Assembly: GCA_041664205.1 (NCBI GenBank)
Contig: JBAYLF010000003.1
Coordinates: forward strand, 7,349 to 71,348
Length of the DNA stretch: 64,000 nt
Direction of reading: 5' to 3'
DNA from: Minisyncoccota bacterium
GTDB lineage: Bacteria > Patescibacteriota > Minisyncoccia > Phycocordibacterales > JBAYLF01
Below, one piece after another: positions 38,697-47,427 of the stretch; within the stretch, counting starts at the first letter, position 1, and each line of letters opens with the position of its first letter. Position numbers and translations under genes: made by a program. The notes below the pieces were generated by a model, which had not been told where the DNA came from, did not search any database, and saw nothing but the letters and a program-made list of their open reading frames with translations.

Positions 38697-38740
38697 AAAG
38701 ATTTAGTAACTAAAAAGATCAACTACTGCACGAGGTTCGG

Positions 38741-39520
38741 CTACTCAAGTAGAAAAGCCGAAGCAGAACCGTGGCGACTATCAGCATTTTTACATAAGCG
38801 AGAGCTTAATCTAATAGTTCCACCACCATGTGCATACATATAACGACCGCCCAATTCATGAGCATGTCTATTATAATTAAAATTGAAACTAAGTGCGGAT
38901 AAATTGAAATGGTCATCATTTCCTAATGAACACATACCAATAGAACAATATTCGTCACCAGCACAATCAACATGAAGTTGATTGTCTTGAATCTCCCGTT
39001 TAGGATGAGTCAGTAGCATACATGCAACTGCAAAAACACCAAGGGGAAACTCATTGTCTTCTAAATTATTACGGACACTCTCAACAGAATATCCGCGATA
39101 TTTGAAACCAAACTGAGCTGGAACAACAAGAATGTCATAACCTTTCTGCTGATCACCCAACCTTTGAAACATCTTTGCTGTTTGCGAACACTGTCGCAAA
39201 TATCTCGAACCGAGACTCCCTTCACAGCAATTCTGTAATTTCAGTCTGTGAGCAACCAACTTGAGCACTTTTTCAACTGCCTCATTATAGGTCGACGCAA
39301 CCTTATCCCACCTCGGGATAGCGAACCATCCTTCAGTGTTCAGAGGAAGCGATTGGTTAGCCATATCTTCATCGGCAAAACCTAGATCTTGGAAAATATC
39401 TTGAAGGATACTAACCTGAGTAGCAATTCCTTTAATTTTATAACTGTGTGGATACATAAAATTAGATCTGACGCTATCGTTTAAAAATCGTTCTGTTCCT
39501 GTATTTTCAACTGTATTCAT
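38741..39520 (-). CDS. Hypothetical protein inserted between rpsP and khpA
   Basis: 259-aa ORF (EGWFAIPRW, VVPAQFG, FAVACMLLTHPKR, DCAGDE, GSASAF) with own terminator. Confidence 0.75.
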   Translation of the reverse strand: MNTVENTGTERFLNDSVRSNFMYPHSYKIKGIATQVSILQDIFQDLGFADEDMANQSLPLNTEGWFAIPRWDKVASTYNEAVEKVLKLVAHRLKLQNCCEGSLGSRYLRQCSQTAKMFQRLGDQQKGYDILVVPAQFGFKYRGYSVESVRNNLEDNEFPLGVFAVACMLLTHPKREIQDNQLHVDCAGDEYCSIGMCSLGNDDHFNLSALSFNFNYNRHAHELGGRYMYAHGGGTIRLSSRLCKNADSRHGSASAFLLE

Positions 39521-39597
39521 ATTTTCAATTTTTCTTCTGAAAGAAATCTAACAGAAAACTACTAGATTGTCAATGTTTTTGAATAAAATTTTTCACT

Positions 39598-39640
39598 AAA
39601 AAACAAAGCATTACCACAAGAGGTAACGCTTTGTTTTTTT
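39598..39640 (-). terminator. rpsP terminator
   Basis: AAAAAACAAAGCATTACC..GGTAACGCTTTGTTTTTT. Confidence 0.75.
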
Positions 39641-39660
39641 AAATTTATTTTAGTTTGGTT

Positions 39661-39999
39661 TTATGCAGCTACTTCTGGTGTTGGTGTTGCTGGTTTTGCA
39701 ACTTCGGCTGGCTTCTCTTTTAAGATAGGTTTCTTCTTAGGTAAAACATTAACTTTCTTTCCTTCTATAATCTTTTTAGAGATTAATAGGTTGTGCATTG
39801 TTCCTGTAAGCTTTGCGCCTTTTGACATCCAGTATTTTACTCTATCTGTCTTGATATCACTCTCATGCTTTCTTGGATCATGAGATCCTAACACTTCAAT
39901 ATATTTTCCGCTTTTAGTGCTGTTCTGGGAATCAGTTAAAACTACCCGGTATACAGGTATATTTTTTCGTCCCACTCGTTGTAATCTAATTTTTAACAT
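39661..39999 (-). CDS. rpsP: 30S ribosomal protein S16
   Basis: MLKIRLQRVGRKN.PVYRVV, IEVLGSHDP, YWMSKGA. Confidence 0.96.
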   Translation of the reverse strand: MLKIRLQRVGRKNIPVYRVVLTDSQNSTKSGKYIEVLGSHDPRKHESDIKTDRVKYWMSKGAKLTGTMHNLLISKKIIEGKKVNVLPKKKPILKEKPAEVAKPATPTPEVAA

Positions 40000-40094
40000 T
40001 GTGAAATTATGATAGCAAAGTCCTTATAAAAGGTCAATTACTTAAAGAATCCTTATAAATTAGGTCTAGGAAAATTTAAATTTTTGTGTTATAT

Positions 40095-40255
40095 TTACAT
40101 CATCTCTAAAAAATCATTTCCCACTATAAGCTAAAAATTCGGTCTGCGACTTTGAGAAAAATCCTCAAAATATCTCGATATTCTTCGAATTTTTCTCTTC
40201 GTCTCGTCACGAATTTTTAGCTTCTATGAGAAGCATTTTATTAGAGATGATGTAA
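40095..40255. repeat. ERIC-like palindromic element (copy B) in the rnr 5' region
   Basis: 15-bp perfect IR TTACATCATCTCTAA/TTAGAGATGATGTAA, inner AAGCTAAAAATTCG/CGAATTTTTAGCTT, core CTCAAAATATC-TC-GATATTCTTCG. Confidence 0.8.
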
Positions 40256-40261
40256 TATTCA

Positions 40262-42217
40262 ATGAAAAAAAGAAAACATAAAGAAAAAAACAAAAAAGAA
40301 CCGCTGGAAAGAATAGTAAGAGGAATAATAAGCACAAATTCAAAAGGAGTTGGCTACTTAACAACTACTTTTTTCAAGCAAGATATAGAGATAAATTCTG
40401 AAATGCTAAATACTGCCTTGAATAATGATGAAGTAGAGGTAGAAGTTTTACCTCTGAAAAAAAACGAAAGACCGAAAGGGCAAGTAACACAAATCATTAG
40501 GAGAGCTAAAGATACTTTTGTTGGCGTAGTCGAAGAGACACCTAATGCTTTTTTCGTAATTCCTGACGATCGAAAGATGTATACTGATATTTTTATACCA
40601 AAATTTAAAACAACTAATTTAAAAAGCGGACTAAAGGTGCTTGTAAAAATAATAAACTGGAAAGACCCTAAAAAGAATCCTGAAGGAAAGGTGCTGGAAG
40701 TTTTAGGAGAAAAAGGCAAACACGAAGTTGAAATCCGCTCTATCATACTAGAGAGAGGCATAGATGAAACTTTCTCAGAAGAAATATCTAACGAAGCCGA
40801 GCATATAAAATTTGAAAAAGGAAAAATAACTCAAGAAGAATTTTCGAAACGTCGAGACTTTAGAAATATTTCCACATTTACCATTGATCCAAAAAACGCA
40901 AAAGATTTTGATGATGCAATTTCTATTACAAAGATCAATGATAACACTTACGAGATCGGAGTTCACATTGCTGATGTATCACACTATGTAAGAACAAAAA
41001 CAAAAATTGATAAAGAGGCAGAAAATCGCAGTTTCTCTGTTTATCTTGTAGACAGAACAATTCCGATGCTTCCGGAAATTCTTTCAAATGATCTATGTAG
41101 CTTAAATCCCAACGAAGAAAAATTGGCATTCTCAGCTGTTTTTGAAATAACAAATGATTCAAAAGTCATCAAGCAATGGTTCGGAAAAACAGTAATAAAA
41201 TCTGATAAAAGATTTACCTACGAAGAAGCGCAAGACGTGATAGACAACGGTGGAAAATTTGAGGAAGAATTAAGAATACTTAACAAGATAGCAAAACAGC
41301 TTGAAAAGAAAAAACTTCATTACGGAGCAATAGATTTTGAACAACAAGAAATTCAAATAGAGATAGATGAAAATGGAAAGCCTGTAAAAATTTCTAAAAA
41401 ATCACGTCTTGATACACATAAGCTTGTTGAAGAATTCATGCTTCTTGCAAACAGAAAAGTGGCTGAATTTATTTCTAAAAATACTGAAAAGAAAAAAGGT
41501 GCCATTGGAGTATATCGTATTCACGACATGCCAAAAAGAGAAAAGATCATAGAACTTTCATTCTTTCTAAAAGCTCTGGGATACGATCTTCCTCACAAAG
41601 ATGGTGAAGTTAAATCAAAAGATTTTAATGCTCTTCTTGATTCAATAAATGGCAGTGCTGAAGAATCGCTTATTAAAACCGCAGCTGTTCGTTCTATGGC
41701 AAAAGCTATCTATTCTACTGTTAATATCGGTCATTTCGGATTAGCTTTTGAATATTACACTCACTTCACATCCCCTATCAGACGATATGCGGATCTTCTT
41801 GTCCATAGAATTCTTGAAACGCATCTTACTAACGCAAAAATTTCATCGAACGAATTTGAAAGGCTTCATAACATAACCAAAAAAATGTCCGAGAAAGAAA
41901 TAATGGCTGCAGAAGCAGAACGATCTTCTTATAAATACAAACAGGTTGAATATATGAGCGAAAGAATCGGACAAGAATTCAATGGAATAATTTCTGGAGT
42001 AACAGAATGGGGTATCTATGTAGAAGAAAAAGAAACCAGATCAGAAGGAATGGTTCGCTTGAAAAGTCTTACCGATGATTTTTATGTTCTTGATCCAAAA
42101 CAATATTCGATAATTGGAGAAAAAACAAAAAAGAAATACTCATTGGGAGATAAAGTTCACTTCAAAGTTGTCGCCGCAAATCTCGACCAGAAAAATTTAG
42201 ACTACCAATTGATCTAA
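40262..42217 (+). CDS. rnr: Ribonuclease R
   Basis: FTIDPKNAKDFDDA, HIADV, EEFMLLAN, YTHFTSPIRRYADL, C-terminal S1 domain. Confidence 0.95.
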   Translation: MKKRKHKEKNKKEPLERIVRGIISTNSKGVGYLTTTFFKQDIEINSEMLNTALNNDEVEVEVLPLKKNERPKGQVTQIIRRAKDTFVGVVEETPNAFFVIPDDRKMYTDIFIPKFKTTNLKSGLKVLVKIINWKDPKKNPEGKVLEVLGEKGKHEVEIRSIILERGIDETFSEEISNEAEHIKFEKGKITQEEFSKRRDFRNISTFTIDPKNAKDFDDAISITKINDNTYEIGVHIADVSHYVRTKTKIDKEAENRSFSVYLVDRTIPMLPEILSNDLCSLNPNEEKLAFSAVFEITNDSKVIKQWFGKTVIKSDKRFTYEEAQDVIDNGGKFEEELRILNKIAKQLEKKKLHYGAIDFEQQEIQIEIDENGKPVKISKKSRLDTHKLVEEFMLLANRKVAEFISKNTEKKKGAIGVYRIHDMPKREKIIELSFFLKALGYDLPHKDGEVKSKDFNALLDSINGSAEESLIKTAAVRSMAKAIYSTVNIGHFGLAFEYYTHFTSPIRRYADLLVHRILETHLTNAKISSNEFERLHNITKKMSEKEIMAAEAERSSYKYKQVEYMSERIGQEFNGIISGVTEWGIYVEEKETRSEGMVRLKSLTDDFYVLDPKQYSIIGEKTKKKYSLGDKVHFKVVAANLDQKNLDYQLI

Positions 42218-42231
42218 AAAATATTTACAAC

Positions 42232-42266
42232 AAAAACGCCCTCACCAAAAAGATGAGGGTGGTTTT
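42232..42266. terminator. Bidirectional terminator downstream of rnr
   Basis: AAAAACGCCCTCA..TGAGGGTGGTTTT. Confidence 0.7.
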
Positions 42267-42352
42267 GTTATTTGTTTTAAAAAGAACTTCAGCAAGTTGG
42301 GGAACAAATTTTATTGATCATAAATCAATCGCATTTGCTCTCCAACCTGCAT
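42232..42352 (-). ncRNA. Candidate small structured RNA (unassigned)
   Basis: Promoter TTGCAA(42381-86)-16bp-TATCAT(42359-64), about 59-nt imperfect hairpin at 42292-42350, then terminator; only a 13-codon ORF inside. Confidence 0.4.
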
Positions 42353-42394
42353 GTTAAAATGATACAATTTTTAACAAATTTTGCAATAGACAAC

Positions 42395-44659
42395 CTACTT
42401 CGCCACCGCTGCTGCGTCATCAAAAGAAATTGAAAGTAGTTTTGAAACTCCGTCGCCAGCCATTGTAACGCCATAGATCACTCCTGCACGCGACATGGTT
42501 TCGCGATTATGAGTTATTAAAATAAGCTGTGAATGTTTAGAAAGATTTTCAACCATATCTCCGTATTTTCTTGAGTTAGCTTCATCAAGCGCCGCGTCAG
42601 TTTCATCAAGAATAATAAATGGCGGTGGATTTACTTGAGACATCGCAAAGAGAAGTGCGATAGACGTAAGCGCTCGCTCGCCTCCCGAAAGCATCATCAA
42701 TCCTTTTATTTTTTTTCGAGGCAAATTTATATGAATATCTATTCCCTCTTCTATCTCTTCCTCTTCCGTCATTTGAGAAAGATAACTTTCGCCTTCTTCT
42801 TCCAACCCTTCTCCTTGTGATCTCTTTTTCTTTTTTTCTCTCACAACCACAACAGAAGCCTCGCCTCCGCCAAACATCAAATTAAAATATTTTTGAAATT
42901 CAATATTAATTTTTAAAATTCCACTCTGAAACTCCTCATTTAATTTTTGTTTCAGTTCATCAATAAGCTGTTTGAGAGACATTGCGGATCTGTTCAGATC
43001 GTCAATCTCGCGAGCCAAAAATGCATCTCTTTCTTCAGCTTCATTATATTCTTTTAGAATATCATCACTTGAACCACCGCCAATTTCCTCAAGTCTTATT
43101 TTTATTTTTTCGATATTTCGTCGTCTTTCAACTTGCATTCTTCTTTCTTCATTCAAAACATCCGTTGGGACTTCAAAATTTTCATAGGAAACAGCTTCTC
43201 TTCCCGCTAATATCATCGCCTCTCTAAGTTCCTGTTTGAATTCTTCTTCTTCAACTCTAACTCTATCTTCTTCTGTAGACGTCAAACTAATAAATCCGTG
43301 AAGCTCATTTTGACGGGTCATTATTTCAAATATTTTTTTCTGAACTTCCATTCCTGAATCTTTCTCTGCTTCTATATCCGTCTTAACTTTCATATATTCC
43401 TGATTAAGCGAATTTTCGCGATCTGCCACAGTCTTAAGTTCAACTTCTGTATAGCCCTTCTTTTCCTTAAGTTTATTGATTTCGTCTTGAGATATTTTTT
43501 TAGATTCCTCATCAACCTTTTCTCTCCTGTATTCTATGAATTGATGAAAACGTTTCAATAAATCCTGAAAAATACTTTTTATTAAGCCTAAATCTGACTC
43601 TTGATTTGCCTTGTTTGATAATTCAACGATTTCTTTTTCAAACTCTTCCACATCGCTCAATGGAATTAATTTATTATTGTTTGAACTAGCTCTTTCGTTT
43701 GCTCTATTTAACTGTCTTTCTTCGTAAGATATTGCACCTTCAATACGGCCGATCTCGCGAGACAGCGTATCTTTTTTACTTCTAATCTCCTGCATCTCTC
43801 TTTCAAGCGACAAAAGAACTTTGTTCCTTCCGCTTTTATCTTCAAGTTTTGAAAGTTTTTCTCTTAATTCTTGAAGCTCTTTATTTAAACCTTGAAGCTC
43901 TTCGCGAGGCTTTTCAATTTTGTTTTTTAAATTTTCTTTTTGATTAGAAAGATAAATAGTTTCTCTCTTAAAATATTCTTTATAGAAAACTATTAGGTCA
44001 TCTTTCATTGCCCTAGCTCGTTCCAGCTTTTCCACCTGTTTTTTCAAAAATTTTATATGAGGAGCAATCTCTCTTCTCAAAGACTCAACTTGTTTTATAT
44101 TTTCTTCTGTTTTAAAAAGTTTCTTTTCGCTCTCTTCTCTTTTATATTCATAAATTTTTAGACCCAGCGCATCCTCAAACATCTCGCGTCTTTCTTTTAT
44201 CGAAGCATTCAAAATTTTGTCCGCCTCGCCTTGCGAAATAATATGATGACCGGAAGATCCGATATGAGCAGAAGCTAGAAGTTCAATAATATCTTTTAGA
44301 CGAACCGGCGAACCATTTATAAAATATTCGCTCTGAGAATCGCGATGAACAATTCTTTCGAGAGTCACTTCATCAAAATCAACATTTAAAAATCTGGCTG
44401 AGTTATCAAACACAACTTTAACTGAAGCGCGATTAAGGCGTCCCATGTCTTTTGAACCATTAAAAATTAGGTCTTCTGTTCTTTTACCTCTGAGGGATTT
44501 GATAGACTGTTCACCTAGAACAAAACGAAAAGACTCGGCAATATTTGATTTACCGGAACCGTTTGGACCCACGATAGAAGTAATAGGACTCGTAAATTCA
44601 AGCGAGCTTTTCCTTGCAAACGACTTAAAACCAGTTAGTTCTAGTGACTTAAGATACAT
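42395..44659 (-). CDS. smc: SMC-family ATPase, short (754 aa), no recognisable hinge
   Basis: GFKSF, VGPNGSGKSN, LRG..EDLIF, ISQG; C-terminal LSGGER, ILDETDAALD, ITH; adjacent to rnc. Confidence 0.88.
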   Translation of the reverse strand: MYLKSLELTGFKSFARKSSLEFTSPITSIVGPNGSGKSNIAESFRFVLGEQSIKSLRGKRTEDLIFNGSKDMGRLNRASVKVVFDNSARFLNVDFDEVTLERIVHRDSQSEYFINGSPVRLKDIIELLASAHIGSSGHHIISQGEADKILNASIKERREMFEDALGLKIYEYKREESEKKLFKTEENIKQVESLRREIAPHIKFLKKQVEKLERARAMKDDLIVFYKEYFKRETIYLSNQKENLKNKIEKPREELQGLNKELQELREKLSKLEDKSGRNKVLLSLEREMQEIRSKKDTLSREIGRIEGAISYEERQLNRANERASSNNNKLIPLSDVEEFEKEIVELSNKANQESDLGLIKSIFQDLLKRFHQFIEYRREKVDEESKKISQDEINKLKEKKGYTEVELKTVADRENSLNQEYMKVKTDIEAEKDSGMEVQKKIFEIMTRQNELHGFISLTSTEEDRVRVEEEEFKQELREAMILAGREAVSYENFEVPTDVLNEERRMQVERRRNIEKIKIRLEEIGGGSSDDILKEYNEAEERDAFLAREIDDLNRSAMSLKQLIDELKQKLNEEFQSGILKINIEFQKYFNLMFGGGEASVVVVREKKKKRSQGEGLEEEGESYLSQMTEEEEIEEGIDIHINLPRKKIKGLMMLSGGERALTSIALLFAMSQVNPPPFIILDETDAALDEANSRKYGDMVENLSKHSQLILITHNRETMSRAGVIYGVTMAGDGVSKLLSISFDDAAAVAK

Positions 44660-44747
44660 ATACTTTATTTTAACATTTTTATATATTTATAAAAACAGGA
44701 AGTCAAAATAGACACGTTGCCATTACGTGCTAAAATTAGAACTTAGA

Positions 44748-44996
44748 ATGAATACAACATACTTCGAAGTTGACGATCTTGTTAATTGGAGCAAAACGGC
44801 AAAAAAAGACATGATAATGGGCCAAACTATTCGATATATAACGAGAATAATGGTAGAAAAAAATCTAGTATTGAAAGTTCTCTCGATCAAACCTTCAAAT
44901 TCAGGATCACATCCTCAGGACTTAGAACTTAATGTTCCTGGACATCTTAAACTGAGAACATGGATGAATGGTAAATGGCTTAATAAAATAGGCTAA
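44748..44996 (+). CDS. Hypothetical protein
   Basis: ORF from ATG 44748 after TGCTAAAAT extended -10; terminator at 45011-45043. Confidence 0.5.
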   Translation: MNTTYFEVDDLVNWSKTAKKDMIMGQTIRYITRIMVEKNLVLKVLSIKPSNSGSHPQDLELNVPGHLKLRTWMNGKWLNKIG

Positions 44997-45010
44997 AATT
45001 GAAATAATAT

Positions 45011-45043
45011 AAAATCGCAATACATTCGTATTGCGATTTTTTT
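45011..45043. terminator. Bidirectional terminator
   Basis: AAAATCGCAATAC-ATTC-GTATTGCGATTTT. Confidence 0.8.
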
Positions 45044-45071
45044 ATGTTGAAAAGTCAAGAAAATTTATTAT

Positions 45072-45239
45072 TTATTTTCTTGCTATGCTTTCAATTGTCC
45101 TATTGTTTCTATCATTAAGCTGTTCAGAAAAATTATTCAAATAGAACCAATCGTGTAAATACTTAGAAATTTTCTTTAATTCTAGAAATACAATTATCAA
45201 TACAACAAATATTAGACCTAAAAGTGTTTCTGTCATCAT
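45072..45239 (-). CDS. Small single-TM protein, 55 aa
   Basis: MMTETLLGLIFVVLIIVFLELKKISKYLHDWFYLNNFSEQLNDRNNRTIESIARK; points into the bidirectional terminator; not in the ORF track. Confidence 0.55.
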   Translation of the reverse strand: MMTETLLGLIFVVLIIVFLELKKISKYLHDWFYLNNFSEQLNDRNNRTIESIARK

Positions 45240-45334
45240 TTACATTCTATAATAAATATTAACTTATTAACAATATATTTTATGTTGATAAGTAATTTAC
45301 TTTTAATCATGTGTTAGGGAAAATTTTGTAAAAA

Positions 45335-46024
45335 CTATCCCCACCCTTTCTGTTTCAAACCATTCTCTGCGGCCTTTTGTTCCGCGTCTTGTTTTGATCT
45401 TCCATCGCCAGTTGCAATTTGTTTATCTCCTAAGAAAAGTCCGACTGTGAAATGTCTGTCATGGTCAGGACCAACTTCTTTTATTGTTTTATAATTTGGT
45501 GTAATTCCTTCATTCTCCTGTGCTTTTTCTTGAAATTTACTTTTAGCATCTATCCACGAACCTTGGGCTACGATATCTTCTATAAGAGGAAGAAAATATT
45601 TTGCTATAAAACCTTTTGCTTTTTCGTATCCTTGATCAATAAAAGTTGCGCCAATAATTGCTTCTACTGTATTTGCTAAAATGTATTGTCTTCCACGTCC
45701 TGTGTCTTTGGCTTCTCCTCGTGAAAGTAACAGAAAATCGTTAACACCAATAACCTTTGCTATTCCAGCAAGAGTGTTTGAGTTAACAAGAGCTGATCTG
45801 TATGAAGTAAGATCGCCTTCTGGCTTTTTTGGATACTTACCATAAAGATATTCTGTAACAACGAGCTCGAGCACTGCGTCACCTAAAAATTCCAAACGCT
45901 CGTTATGTTCGAGACCCATTTTTCTATTCTCATTAATATATGAGCGATGAGTAAACGCCTGCTTTAATAAGTTTATATCTTTAAATTTTACTCCAACCTG
46001 TTTTTCGAATTTAGAAAAATCCAT
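45335..46024 (-). CDS. rnc: Ribonuclease III
   Basis: AFTHRSY, NERLEFLGDAVL, dsRBD. Confidence 0.97.
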   Translation of the reverse strand: MDFSKFEKQVGVKFKDINLLKQAFTHRSYINENRKMGLEHNERLEFLGDAVLELVVTEYLYGKYPKKPEGDLTSYRSALVNSNTLAGIAKVIGVNDFLLLSRGEAKDTGRGRQYILANTVEAIIGATFIDQGYEKAKGFIAKYFLPLIEDIVAQGSWIDAKSKFQEKAQENEGITPNYKTIKEVGPDHDRHFTVGLFLGDKQIATGDGRSKQDAEQKAAENGLKQKGWG

Positions 46025-46116
46025 ATTAATTCATCAAAAAACCAAAACTCAAAATGATAAACTTAAAGACTTACAGATATGTAAGTCTACATTATCGTCT
46101 TAAGGTTCAATTTCTT

Positions 46117-47040
46117 CTACTTATTATCTTCTTTACTAGCTAATAATATATTTATCGCCTTTGTGAATATCGGCAATATATCATTATAAATGTTTAAGTT
46201 CAAGATGTCGGCAATTTTAAACCATTTTGCATCATCGAGACCCCCCGAAGATCCAAGCTTTAAATCAACATGTGGAGCTTTGGCTAAAAAGTAATTTACT
46301 TGCTTTCTAATTTTGCCTCTTTCTGGATCATTGGCCACATATTCATTTTTTCCCAATTCTTCCTTTATTTTAATATCAACACCCATCTCTTCTTTTATTT
46401 TTCTCACAGTGCCTTTCTTTACATCTTCACCTTCTTCAAGTTTCCCTTTAGAAAGAGTCCAGTGTCCGAACACGTCATGAACAAGTGCTAAATAAATATC
46501 TTCGCCATCAACAGAATACACAACAGCACCTCCAAGATTTATGATTGGCATTTGTTCAAATGGTATATCAATATTTTTTTTCTTCTTACTTACTTCGTCT
46601 TTCCCTGGCTCACCCATTTCTTTGTATACAGCTCCGAGCACACCATTGATAAATTTACCAGATGTATCTCCACCGTAAGTTTTTCCAAGTTCTATAGATT
46701 CATTAATCGCAACTTTTGCAGGAACTTCCTTTCTGTCAGAAAATAGAAGTTCAAAAAGACCGATACGTAAAATATTTCTATCAACGATAGATATTTTTTT
46801 GATAGGCCAATCAGGAGCGGCTTTCTCTATAATATTGTCTAGATCTTCGCGATGCTTCAAAACACCTTCTACGATGTTTTTTATAAATGAAAAATCTCCC
46901 ATACCGGGAGCGAATTCTGTCGCATTGCGACGGACAACCTCGTCTATTTCGGCGCTAGTTTTGTGAACTAAAATATCTCTAAAGTCCCACTCAAAGAGTG
47001 TTTGGAGAGCCGTTGAACGTGCAAGGTGTCTATTTGCCAT
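46117..47040 (-). CDS. nusB: NusB fused to a C-terminal NUDIX domain
   Basis: RHLARSTALQTLF, DRNILR, AINESIELGK, KFINGVL; then WTLSKGKLEEGE...RKIKEEMG. Confidence 0.9.
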   Translation of the reverse strand: MANRHLARSTALQTLFEWDFRDILVHKTSAEIDEVVRRNATEFAPGMGDFSFIKNIVEGVLKHREDLDNIIEKAAPDWPIKKISIVDRNILRIGLFELLFSDRKEVPAKVAINESIELGKTYGGDTSGKFINGVLGAVYKEMGEPGKDEVSKKKKNIDIPFEQMPIINLGGAVVYSVDGEDIYLALVHDVFGHWTLSKGKLEEGEDVKKGTVRKIKEEMGVDIKIKEELGKNEYVANDPERGKIRKQVNYFLAKAPHVDLKLGSSGGLDDAKWFKIADILNLNIYNDILPIFTKAINILLASKEDNK

Positions 47041-47114
47041 ATTTTTAAAAAACTTATAAATTTTAACCTACAAAAGATACTCTGAAACGATTTCAGACCG
47101 ATCCTATAGAAAAA

Positions 47115-47345
47115 TTATTTATTTGCCTCAGCAACCTTAATCTTCATCTTTTTTGCCTTCTTTTCAGCCTTTGCTTTTAGATCAACTACGACTTTACCCT
47201 TATATTTTCCGCAATTTCCGCATGCTCGGTGCCTTAGAGAAGGAGCACCGCAATCAGGACAAAGTGAAACCGCCATCGCTTTTAGAGCGTGGTGACTTCT
47301 TCTGTTTCCCGTGTGGGAAGTTGTTGATCGCATTCTTACTACCAT
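47115..47345 (-). CDS. rpmF: 50S ribosomal protein L32
   Basis: MVVRMRSTTSHTGNRRSHHAL, CPDCG..RHRACGNCGKYKG; start moved to ATG 47345. Confidence 0.93.
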   Translation of the reverse strand: MVVRMRSTTSHTGNRRSHHALKAMAVSLCPDCGAPSLRHRACGNCGKYKGKVVVDLKAKAEKKAKKMKIKVAEANK

Positions 47346-47427
47346 ATGTAAATAGTATACAAAAATATTAAAAAAAGGCAATGCTATCTTGTGCAAATGT
47401 AAAAGAAACTAATTCCTACATAAAAAC

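Noticed and set aside
38741-39520. Diversity-generating retroelement target
   Set aside because: No reverse transcriptase and no template/variable repeat pair with adenine-specific mismatches in the window
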